From positions 1-46,349 of the forward strand of contig JBCBAO010000001.1 of assembly GCA_038532405.1 (NCBI GenBank): a stretch of DNA of 46,349 nucleotides, in the 5' to 3' direction. The notes beneath the pieces are model-generated. The model did not search any database. It worked only from the letters and a program-made list of their open reading frames with translations, and was not told the origin of the DNA. Position 1 is the stretch's first letter. Every line of letters begins with the position of its first letter. The DNA is from Pseudomonadota bacterium. Lineage in GTDB: Bacteria; Pseudomonadota; Alphaproteobacteria; Caulobacterales; Hyphomonadaceae. The position numbers were made by a program, and so were the translations under genes. Of this stretch, positions 25,866 through 33,873 are shown piece by piece.

Positions 25866-26231
25866 ATGTCGAATTTCTTTGATGCGGAGGGCTTCTACGC
25901 TGCCCTCGATGCGATCAGGCGAGATAGAGAGGTTTCTTGGAAGAAAGTTGCAGAGAAAGCCAAAATCTCGGCTTCTACTTTGACCCGCATGGGTCAGGGA
26001 AAACGACCCGACGTTGACAGCCTTGCGGCACTGGCATCCTGGTCGGGTTTAGATGTGAGCCAGTTCTATCGCGACGCCGGCACACCGCGAGCTCAAAAAG
26101 ATACGCTCGCAGAGATAACCACTCTGCTTCGTGCGGACAGACACATCGGCGGTGAAGACGCTCAAACGATGGAGCTCATGATCAAGACGCTCTACGAGGA
26201 TATGAGGAAACGCAGGGCAGATGGGACATAA
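25866..26231 (+). CDS. XRE-family helix-turn-helix regulator
   Basis: The ATG at 25866 is preceded by GGGAGAG. The HTH is WKKVAEKAKISASTLTRMGQGKRPDVDSLAALASW. The track ORF starts further upstream at GTG 25797. Confidence 0.75.
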   Translation: MSNFFDAEGFYAALDAIRRDREVSWKKVAEKAKISASTLTRMGQGKRPDVDSLAALASWSGLDVSQFYRDAGTPRAQKDTLAEITTLLRADRHIGGEDAQTMELMIKTLYEDMRKRRADGT

Positions 26232-26799
26232 GTTCAAGCACGGTTTCAAGGCGGAAGCCGAGCGGTACGCAGAAGAATTCAGAACGGAGTTGGATCTCAG
26301 GCCGGACGATCCTTTGTGTCCGCGTAGGCTGGCAGAGCACTTAGGTGTTCCTGTCTTTGGCATTCGTGATAATCCAAAATTGCCATCAGAGATTACTAAC
26401 CACTGGGCTAACCACCCAGAAGATCCTTTTTCTGGTCTGATAATCTCGGACGGAAGCTACAAAGAGATACATCACAACGATTTTCACCATCCTCGCCGCC
26501 AGAACTCTGATTTGGCGCATGAGCTAGCGCACATAATCATGGGTCACGACCTCGAAACGCCGATCAAAGACAACGGCGAACGAGCGTATGACAGAAATAC
26601 AGAAGAAGAGGCCAAATGGTTGGGTGGGACGCTGCTGCTTCCAAAGAAGGCCACAGTCAAAATGGTACTGGACTCATTCTCCAGAGAAATGGTGGAAGAG
26701 ATCTACCAAGTCAGTTGGCAGATGTATCAATACCGCCTGCAAGTGACCGACACAGTAAGAGCGGCAAAGAATATCCGGCGGAAGTACGCTGCAGAGTGA
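26221..26799 (+). CDS. ImmA/IrrE-family (COG2856, DUF955) zinc metallopeptidase
   Basis: 192 aa with an 11-nt overlap with the XRE gene. It has the HEXXH motif HELAHIIMGH with a downstream E (EEEAKWLGG). Confidence 0.85.
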   Translation: MGHKFKHGFKAEAERYAEEFRTELDLRPDDPLCPRRLAEHLGVPVFGIRDNPKLPSEITNHWANHPEDPFSGLIISDGSYKEIHHNDFHHPRRQNSDLAHELAHIIMGHDLETPIKDNGERAYDRNTEEEAKWLGGTLLLPKKATVKMVLDSFSREMVEEIYQVSWQMYQYRLQVTDTVRAAKNIRRKYAAE

Positions 26800-27077
26800 G
26801 CAGTTCACTCGTCAGCACTGGCAGCGAATGGCAGCAATGCGGGCTGCAGCTGCAGCATCAGTAAAGGGCGATGAGAGTCCGGTTGGGGCCGCGACCAACG
26901 GTGAGATCTATTAGCTCGCTGAGCTGACGCTGCGGTGCCGCAGGTCCGCTTCGAGCCCATGGCGGACATTCTCCGACAGCTTTAAAAACCCAGAGTTCCC
27001 TGGATCATTCAACCAGCGAACTAGACACGGGTAAATCGCTGCTTCAACATACACTTGCGCCACAAGAAGGTGATCAA

Positions 27078-29204
27078 ATGTCCACGACAGTAATTCGGGC
27101 GCCCAATAATGGGCGGACAATAGTGTTTATTCATGGGCTTTTCTCGAATTCTACTGGCGCTTGGCGAAACCCGAATGGCACCTATTGGCCAGACATTGTG
27201 AAGGATGATGCTAGTTTTGAGGGTTGGGGGATTGTGTGTTTTGAATATGACGCATCGTTCGGTTCTGGGGATTATTCGTTATCTGACGTGGAGGGCGCAC
27301 TTGAGCACGAACTAGCAGCGAATGGAGTGCTTAAAGGCAAAGAAATCCTTTTCGTCGGTCACTCGATGGGAGGGATTCTAGCGCGTCACTTCACTGTCTC
27401 CCGGCAAATGGACCTTTTGCAAAAGAACATCACAGTTGGATTGTTTCTCGTCGCGTCGCCATCCTTAGGCTCACACTATGCTAACTATTTCCGGTTGATG
27501 GTCGGATTGCATGATACGCAAATCGATAGCCTGCGTTTGAGCGGTTCAAATACTTGGCTGAACGATCTTGATAAACAGTTTTACAGGATCAAAGAATTGG
27601 GTCAGATCAAGATATACGGTCGGGAGCTGACAGAGGCCAATCCTCCGGTGCTACGAGGTTTCTTACCTTGGAGCAAAATTGTCCCCCAATATTCAGCGGC
27701 GAGGAACTTTCCAGACCCGCTCACAGTTCCGAAAAGCAATCATATCTCGATCGCAAAACCAGATAGCGCCGCAGCGATACAGCATCAGGCGCTTGTGAGA
27801 TTGATAACGGCAAGGGGCGCTCCTCACTCAACTAAAGTGGAAACATCGCTGAAAAGTACAGAAGGTCCAGCGGAGGCAAGTTTAACCGGTGGGACCGCTG
27901 ACTTGATGGACAACGGCGTATTTCGTGCCGTCATCGCCGCCGAAAAAAATGGTATCGACAGTTTGCCCGATCCTGATTGCCCAGTTTCAGAGCTCTACGA
28001 AGTTGCAAATCGCCTTTCGCAAGGCCGGTATTGGGAACGCGCAACTGCGCACTGGTTGGTTGCACGTCACGGGCGCGGGCTTGAGGTTTTCAAGCACGCA
28101 ACCGAGGTCGCCAAAAGTGAAAGGCGCGCTGTCTCTCAAGGGCATCTCGCCTGGCTAATGTCTGTTCCAAAAGATGCGTTCCCATATAGTGAAATCAAAA
28201 ACATATCTGAGAGCGCACGCTGCTCGAGCGTTGATAAAACTCGGATGTTTTTGGGCATGCTTGGTCATGCTGGCCGAGATTCCGAGCTACCGATAATGGA
28301 CTGGGAAGATGAGTATGATTTGTCGAAATTGTCTTACGATTATTTGACAGCTGTCGCCGCTTCGATGTCGCGCTCAAAAAAAACTGACGACATCAAGTAT
28401 TCCGTGTGGCGTGCGATACGATGTGCACGGGCCAGAGGCGACGAGGAGTATCATTTTTTTGATCATTTGAAGTTTTTTGGCTGGATGCCACCGTCGCATG
28501 CGCCGGTCATTCTTGAGACGATGATCTCTGAAGCTGCGCCAAAGCAAATGTTATTGGGTTTTCTCGCAAACCTTTCCAGTCAGCCCAATCCAAAAGTAAT
28601 CGGTGACCTGTTGGTATTGGCGCGAGGTTCGGACGAAGAGATTTCGCGTGCCGCAACCATGGCCCTCGTGTGGACGCCTTCGAGCGATCGACAAAAAAAT
28701 GAAATTGATGGTTTTTTGATTGATGGAAGCGCCGCGAAATATGTAAGCGACGGGTTGAACCCGGCGTCAATTCCAGACGGAGACGCACTGTCCGAGCTTC
28801 TGGAAAACGAGGTGGGTATGTGCGCAGCATGGGCGTTCGCCAATCGCGCCCTTGCTGAGCCAGCGCTTGCAAAAGAGATTCCCTCACTGGTTTCAGATCT
28901 CTCTGACTTGCGCGCGGCAATACTATTGGCAGCCTTGGCCAGAACTGACCCTAGATCGGCTGAGCCACTTATAGATGAGCGCCTGAGCTACTCGCTAGGT
29001 ATCGAAGAGTTCCTCCTTAGGGTGGCACAAACCTATATTTCGGGACCCACCGGGATGTTTAAGATGTTGTCGGATACAGACGAGCACACTCTGTACCCGC
29101 CATTTCTAATTGAAGTCCTCAAACGAGTGTACCGCGATGCGCTAGAAACTGCGCTGGTCACGACGCCGGGTCTGGCGGAAATCAAGCAACGGGCTTTGTG
29201 GTAG
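27078..29204 (+). CDS. lipase/esterase-type alpha/beta hydrolase (GHSMGG nucleophile elbow) fused to a large helical HEAT/ARM-like repeat region
   Basis: 708 aa. The N-terminal 230 aa contain IVFIHGLFS, LFVGHSMGGILA and NHISIAKP, as in the PGAP1/DUF676-like lipase fold. The remaining about 470 aa are helical and repeat-like (for example GDLLVLARGSDEEISRAATMALVW). I found no Walker A motif. Confidence 0.7.
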   Translation: MSTTVIRAPNNGRTIVFIHGLFSNSTGAWRNPNGTYWPDIVKDDASFEGWGIVCFEYDASFGSGDYSLSDVEGALEHELAANGVLKGKEILFVGHSMGGILARHFTVSRQMDLLQKNITVGLFLVASPSLGSHYANYFRLMVGLHDTQIDSLRLSGSNTWLNDLDKQFYRIKELGQIKIYGRELTEANPPVLRGFLPWSKIVPQYSAARNFPDPLTVPKSNHISIAKPDSAAAIQHQALVRLITARGAPHSTKVETSLKSTEGPAEASLTGGTADLMDNGVFRAVIAAEKNGIDSLPDPDCPVSELYEVANRLSQGRYWERATAHWLVARHGRGLEVFKHATEVAKSERRAVSQGHLAWLMSVPKDAFPYSEIKNISESARCSSVDKTRMFLGMLGHAGRDSELPIMDWEDEYDLSKLSYDYLTAVAASMSRSKKTDDIKYSVWRAIRCARARGDEEYHFFDHLKFFGWMPPSHAPVILETMISEAAPKQMLLGFLANLSSQPNPKVIGDLLVLARGSDEEISRAATMALVWTPSSDRQKNEIDGFLIDGSAAKYVSDGLNPASIPDGDALSELLENEVGMCAAWAFANRALAEPALAKEIPSLVSDLSDLRAAILLAALARTDPRSAEPLIDERLSYSLGIEEFLLRVAQTYISGPTGMFKMLSDTDEHTLYPPFLIEVLKRVYRDALETALVTTPGLAEIKQRALW

Positions 29205-29501
29205 GCTCTCATCCGGGCGTACGTTGGATGACAGCTTTGTCCCGCTTTACTGACATTTGCGAAATCACCAACCGTGCGACGGCAGCGAATGCCGGCTTCG
29301 GCGGGCCGCAGTGCAGCGTAACTCCGGTAGGGTGAATGTCCCCTTAGAGCCGTCTTTTCGGGAACGACAATGGGAGCTGCTATAGGTCCTATTCATGGAT
29401 CTAAAGCCCAGACAATGCGTGAAACGGAATGTGTGTGGTGTTAAAGTTCAGCAACAGCCACGCTCTACCGCAATCTCAAGCAAGCTTGCTGGAGCTGTAG
29501 C

Positions 29502-31217
29502 TCAGGAGAAAAGCTTACGCTTTCGGAATTTCTCACGACCTTCCGTAAAATGAGAAACTTGCCAGCTGTCGTCGGACTCTAAGAAGGCCGCGGGTCTTGG
29601 ATCGCGACCTGCATTTCGCAGGGCCACTGTCCGGAAATAGAGATGGCGGTGGAGCCGGTTGTATTCTGTCAACATGATCGGTGCTATTTCTCGGGCCCAA
29701 TCGCCCGCAAAGAGCAGCATGTTCTCATCGTTCCGGGTCACCGACGGTTCCGAGAAATTCGCCGACCCTGAGAAGATACGCGCACGGTCTGACAGTGGAT
29801 CGATCATCATCATCTTGGTGTGGATGTAGAAGACATGGCCCTCCTTTCGGTGCCGTTGTTCCCGCAAAAACCAATTGTCGAGCTGGTTGCCCTCAAGCCC
29901 TGCCGTTACCGTGCGGCGCGCCAGCAAGTTGCCATAGGCTACTATGTTGTCTGGGTCCGCTTCTACAAGCGCCATCGCTGCTTTAATGGTGGCATGGTTA
30001 CCGCCATTCTCTGCCAACATGAACCGCAAGGTGTTATTGCCTTCATGGAAGGCTTTGGAGACTGGTCCGCGCACGCCAAAGGCGGCGGTCAAGAAGCCCG
30101 CCTGTTCTGCAGCGGCCATTTCAGCACCGTACCACTCCCACATGCCCGTCTCGCGCGGCGAAAAAATGGGATGAACACCGGGTCGTAGCTCATCTGGCGT
30201 GGGCCAGGTTTGCGTGTTGAACTCCCGAAACCGGCCAACCTCAGGGTCCTTGGCCAGAAACTCCCAATACTGGTTGTAAGCACTGGCAAGGGCCTCATCC
30301 TCCACGATATGCGCCAAGTTCGACTGACCCAGAAAGCCTGACGGTGTGATGTTGGTCGAGCCGGTCCAAATCGCAACGGGCCGGTCCTGATCCAGTAGCA
30401 CCATGAATTTGTTATGCGGAATGCCAGACCACTTCGTCCGCATATGCAGGGTCAGGCCTTTGCGAGACATCGATTGCAGGCGCAGCTCATCCTGGATGAC
30501 CGCGTCCCAGTTCCGCAGGCTTTGGCCATCCATGTAAACATCTCCGTCCTTGCGATGATCGCCAGACTTAAAGCAGATGCGCACCTGAGCGCCCCGATTG
30601 GCCGCATCTTTCAGTGCCCTCAGGATCGGGAAATAGGTGAATTCATAGGCCGCGACCCGCAGTTCTTGTCCCGGGCCCGCGCGGCCTATGAAATCGAGCG
30701 TGGCCTCCAAGAGCCCCCGTGACAGCCATTTCACCTTGGGGTTCGTTGGATCGTTTTGCTCTTCTTCTGTGGGATAGGTGTTGCCAAAGCGCCGTGCAAA
30801 GGCCTGACCCGGCACCGCACCGAGATTGAAATGCAACGCCTGTCGCGACCCTTCGGCATTGCCTGTCTGGACCGTCAGCTCGATATCCGTCCCCGGCTTC
30901 AGGTTGTCTGGTGTGCCATAGAGCGGCCGGACCACATAGTCATAGGTCTTGCCGGGCGAGGCTTTGTAGTCCGCCCATTGGTAGTCCTGGATGGGATGCT
31001 CAAGCGTCGATTTCAACATCCCGGGTTCCGGGTCGGGCAGGGTCTCGCGGAAGAACTTGAACCCATTCATCCAGGCTATCGTGTTGCTGGATTGCCTCCG
31101 CCCGAGAGCGAAGCCAAGAAGGCCCTGCCGGGCCTCCTCCGTCGCATCCATCCCGAACAGAACCGTATGAGATCCTGCAATGGCATGGACTGAAATACCT
31201 GCGGCTGACTTCCGCAT
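29502..31217 (-). CDS. phospholipase D superfamily (two HKD motifs) protein
   Basis: I place the start at ATG 31217, 8 nt after GGAGGG and 27 nt after the upstream stop. The track start 31274 would overlap the upstream gene. HKD motifs are IPHNKFMVLLDQD..TGSTNITPSG and YIHTKMMMIDPLSDRARIFSGSANFS. No signal peptide is evident. Confidence 0.85.
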   Translation of the reverse strand: MRKSAAGISVHAIAGSHTVLFGMDATEEARQGLLGFALGRRQSSNTIAWMNGFKFFRETLPDPEPGMLKSTLEHPIQDYQWADYKASPGKTYDYVVRPLYGTPDNLKPGTDIELTVQTGNAEGSRQALHFNLGAVPGQAFARRFGNTYPTEEEQNDPTNPKVKWLSRGLLEATLDFIGRAGPGQELRVAAYEFTYFPILRALKDAANRGAQVRICFKSGDHRKDGDVYMDGQSLRNWDAVIQDELRLQSMSRKGLTLHMRTKWSGIPHNKFMVLLDQDRPVAIWTGSTNITPSGFLGQSNLAHIVEDEALASAYNQYWEFLAKDPEVGRFREFNTQTWPTPDELRPGVHPIFSPRETGMWEWYGAEMAAAEQAGFLTAAFGVRGPVSKAFHEGNNTLRFMLAENGGNHATIKAAMALVEADPDNIVAYGNLLARRTVTAGLEGNQLDNWFLREQRHRKEGHVFYIHTKMMMIDPLSDRARIFSGSANFSEPSVTRNDENMLLFAGDWAREIAPIMLTEYNRLHRHLYFRTVALRNAGRDPRPAAFLESDDSWQVSHFTEGREKFRKRKLFS

Positions 31218-31243
31218 TTGCTCGCCCTCCAGTTCTGGCTCGC

Positions 31244-32989
31244 TTATTCTTGAAGGATCATGACGACTGGGCAATGATCCGAAAGCCGCTGCCGCGCGCG
31301 ATCATCATAGGCCGGATCGTCCTCAAACCCCATACTTAGCTTCATCGGATCACTGGTCCGTGCGAGGTCTTTGACGAGACTGTCATAGATTACCAGATCG
31401 ATGTGATCGTCATAACGCTCCACATGTTCTGGCCAACATACCGTATCTCGTCCCGATGGCCCTTTACTCAACGTCAGATCGTTGGGCGTGCCATCATTGA
31501 GATCAAGCCAGAAATCATCGATCGGCTCTTGCATGTCATTGGTCGCATTCATGTTGCGATTAAAGTCGCCGAGAACAATCGTTGCGATTCCTTGCGCCGC
31601 CTGCTGTTCAATCCAGCTCTCCAAAATCGACAATTGTGCGCGCAAGGTGCGACAATCGAACCGCGACGAGAAAGGCGCGCCCGTGCTTGGGTTTTGATCC
31701 ACAACCGGATCCAAAGACCATCTGTGACAAAAAGACTTAAGGTGGACCCCAAGGATGCGAACCGGCTCACCAGAGATCGTGATATCTGCCACCATCCCCG
31801 CCCGGGTTTTGCGCGCACTGGGTGTCCCATCTCGATCAAATCCCAAATGAGTGATGGCGAGCGCCTCAAGAGACTCCGTTTCCGGTACGGTTGGAAACCT
31901 CTCTTTTGAAAACACCAGGGCAGTGAAGATGTCTCTGTCTTTCGCAGGGCGATTTTCCGCACCCTCTTCATATCGATCAGACATCACCAGATGATATTGA
32001 TCCTCCGGGAAGATACGACGCGCCGCCCGCGGGGAGCCGATCTCTTGCAAGGCGACGATATCGAGATCCATCTCCGACGCAAGATCGGCCAAGCGCTCAT
32101 AGTCGATGTCTTCGCGTGCAAAGGCGCGTGAGCGGAGTGCCACACCGGTTTCGTGGTGCAAGTTGGCAATGTTCCACGTGCCGATGCGCAGCGCATCAAC
32201 CGTAGGGGTGACTGCCGAATTGGCCATCAGCGTTGGTGCAACGCCACATTCTGCTCCGTAGATCGCGTCAACAAGCTCCGGCTCGTCTATCAACACATTC
32301 CGATTGCCTTGCTCGGCTTGGGTGCGCTCGTTGCGTTCCATCTCTTCCGTCGAGACCGGGTCTGCCCGGTGCCAGTCCAGAAGGGTACAGAGATCACCGA
32401 TTTCTTTTCCACCGCCCGCAACGGAATCATCGCGCAGTGTCAAATCTGGATCGGATCCCGTGCCCTCATAGCGCAGGTCGATGTAGAACATCGCGCGCGC
32501 CACATCGCCTTTGACCTCATCGCGAGGCTCGAAACTATCATAATCCAAAAATGTATTGGGCGCTTCGCCTTCTGGATCGCCCCCATTGTCGAAATTGAGA
32601 CTGCCACGATTGTTGTTCACGCTTGCATCCGTGGGCATCAGGTGAAAGAGGTCACTCTTCATTGGGGTTCGGCCGGTGCCTCGAGACTGTGGCCAGAGAT
32701 GCTCTCGGTTCCACCCATTTTGCGGGTTCCCGTTGACCCAATCCGACACTGCCTGCGACCGCCCGGTGTAAAACAGGATGAGATTATCCTCTATCGCTGC
32801 GTCTGCATGGATCCTGGCCATGGCTTCATCTGTCTGACTATAGTCCAGAGCACGGTGGCCAGTTTTGAGCCGTAAATGCGTTTCTTCGCGTAATTGATCG
32901 ACGGAAAGCGTTTGTGCTTGGAGGGGAGCACCCGAGAGAAATAGACTTGTGATCACACCAGAAAAAACAAGTGCCGTATTTCTTTTCAT
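31244..32989 (-). CDS. secreted bifunctional nuclease: endonuclease I (Endonuclease_1) domain plus endonuclease/exonuclease/phosphatase (EEP) domain
   Basis: 581 aa with signal peptide MKRNTALVFSGVITSLFLSGAPLQAQT. The endonuclease I motif is WNREHLWPQSRG...DLFHLMPTDASVNNNRG. EEP motifs are LRIGTWNIANL, DIVALQEI, VLGDFNR and SDHCPVV. Confidence 0.85.
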   Translation of the reverse strand: MKRNTALVFSGVITSLFLSGAPLQAQTLSVDQLREETHLRLKTGHRALDYSQTDEAMARIHADAAIEDNLILFYTGRSQAVSDWVNGNPQNGWNREHLWPQSRGTGRTPMKSDLFHLMPTDASVNNNRGSLNFDNGGDPEGEAPNTFLDYDSFEPRDEVKGDVARAMFYIDLRYEGTGSDPDLTLRDDSVAGGGKEIGDLCTLLDWHRADPVSTEEMERNERTQAEQGNRNVLIDEPELVDAIYGAECGVAPTLMANSAVTPTVDALRIGTWNIANLHHETGVALRSRAFAREDIDYERLADLASEMDLDIVALQEIGSPRAARRIFPEDQYHLVMSDRYEEGAENRPAKDRDIFTALVFSKERFPTVPETESLEALAITHLGFDRDGTPSARKTRAGMVADITISGEPVRILGVHLKSFCHRWSLDPVVDQNPSTGAPFSSRFDCRTLRAQLSILESWIEQQAAQGIATIVLGDFNRNMNATNDMQEPIDDFWLDLNDGTPNDLTLSKGPSGRDTVCWPEHVERYDDHIDLVIYDSLVKDLARTSDPMKLSMGFEDDPAYDDRARQRLSDHCPVVMILQE

Positions 32990-33114
32990 TGTAATGTCCT
33001 CGTTAAATTAAGATTCAAACATAAGCTGAGCCTACCCGTGAGCATCGACCGGTCAACTCATAGTAACACCCCTAAGTTGTTCGCGTTACAACTCTGTGAC
33101 CCTTTATTGGACCC

Positions 33115-33384
33115 ATGAACATGACAGACGAAGATATTGATATTGCCGCGCTCATCGCAAAAAGCACTGAAGTAGATACTTATGATTTCGCGCATGAGAG
33201 CGATGAGGACGATTACGTTTCCATGGTCCTTTATCGCGCTCCAGATGGCCGGCATTTTCGGCATATCATTGCGTCAGGCATGTCGTCGTATTGGGCTGGC
33301 GCATCGGATCTCATCGAGCGCGTGGACGATGAGCTCTCATGGTTTGATGAGGACGTTTTCGATGGCTGGTCAGTTCATGATTGA
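33115..33384 (+). CDS. small highly acidic hypothetical protein
   Basis: 89 aa rich in D and E (DEDIDIAALI...HESDEDDYV...DDELSWFDEDVFDG). It is divergent from the nuclease gene. The ribosome-binding site is weak. Confidence 0.4.
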   Translation: MNMTDEDIDIAALIAKSTEVDTYDFAHESDEDDYVSMVLYRAPDGRHFRHIIASGMSSYWAGASDLIERVDDELSWFDEDVFDGWSVHD

Positions 33385-33873
33385 AAGCCTCGTGGAGAAG
33401 GTCTCATTTTAGGCGTTCTCCGCAACTAGCCGCGGGCAGCGCTTGCTATCCTTGTCTTGATGACCGCTTTTCTGGTCGGTGCGATAATCATTGTTCTTCA
33501 GCTTTTTGATGTCACTCGCTTTGGTGGGCCTTGGCGCACCTTCTGTGTGATCGCTTTGGGGACACTTTCCGGTGGTCTCGGGATCATCACGTAGCCCAAG
33601 ATCGATGACGGGCAGCTTACTCCTTGGAGCTGGGTCGCAATATACGGAATTGCCGTATCCTTTGTCATCTCGGGTACAGGAAGGTCGTCGACCGAAGGCG
33701 CGCTGAACATCACCAAGAAGTCGCTTTAGAGGAGATCGGGCAAGCGGCGCTTGATCTGCGCCGTGTGGTCATGCGGTAATACGGGGTGCAAATGTAGCAT
33801 TGACGGAAAGTGCTCAAGATCGGCTGTGGGCCGATACCGTTCAGTATTGCTCTTTGGGAACAAGCTTTGGCCG

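Noticed and set aside
29478-29510. tRNA D-arm-like string ctgtagctcagg, considered as the missing intact tRNA
   Set aside because: No acceptor stem, anticodon arm or T-arm can be folded around it. The string overlaps the stop-codon region of the PLD gene.
32153-32875. 240-aa plus-strand ORF
   Set aside because: It is antisense to the endonuclease I-EEP gene and has no recognisable motifs.
33498-33716. 72-aa minus-strand ORF, plus a longer start-less open frame in the 33.4-33.87 kb intergenic region
   Set aside because: There are no motifs and no ribosome-binding site, and the alternative frame lacks any start codon. The region is more likely the non-coding 3-prime flank of the giant gene.
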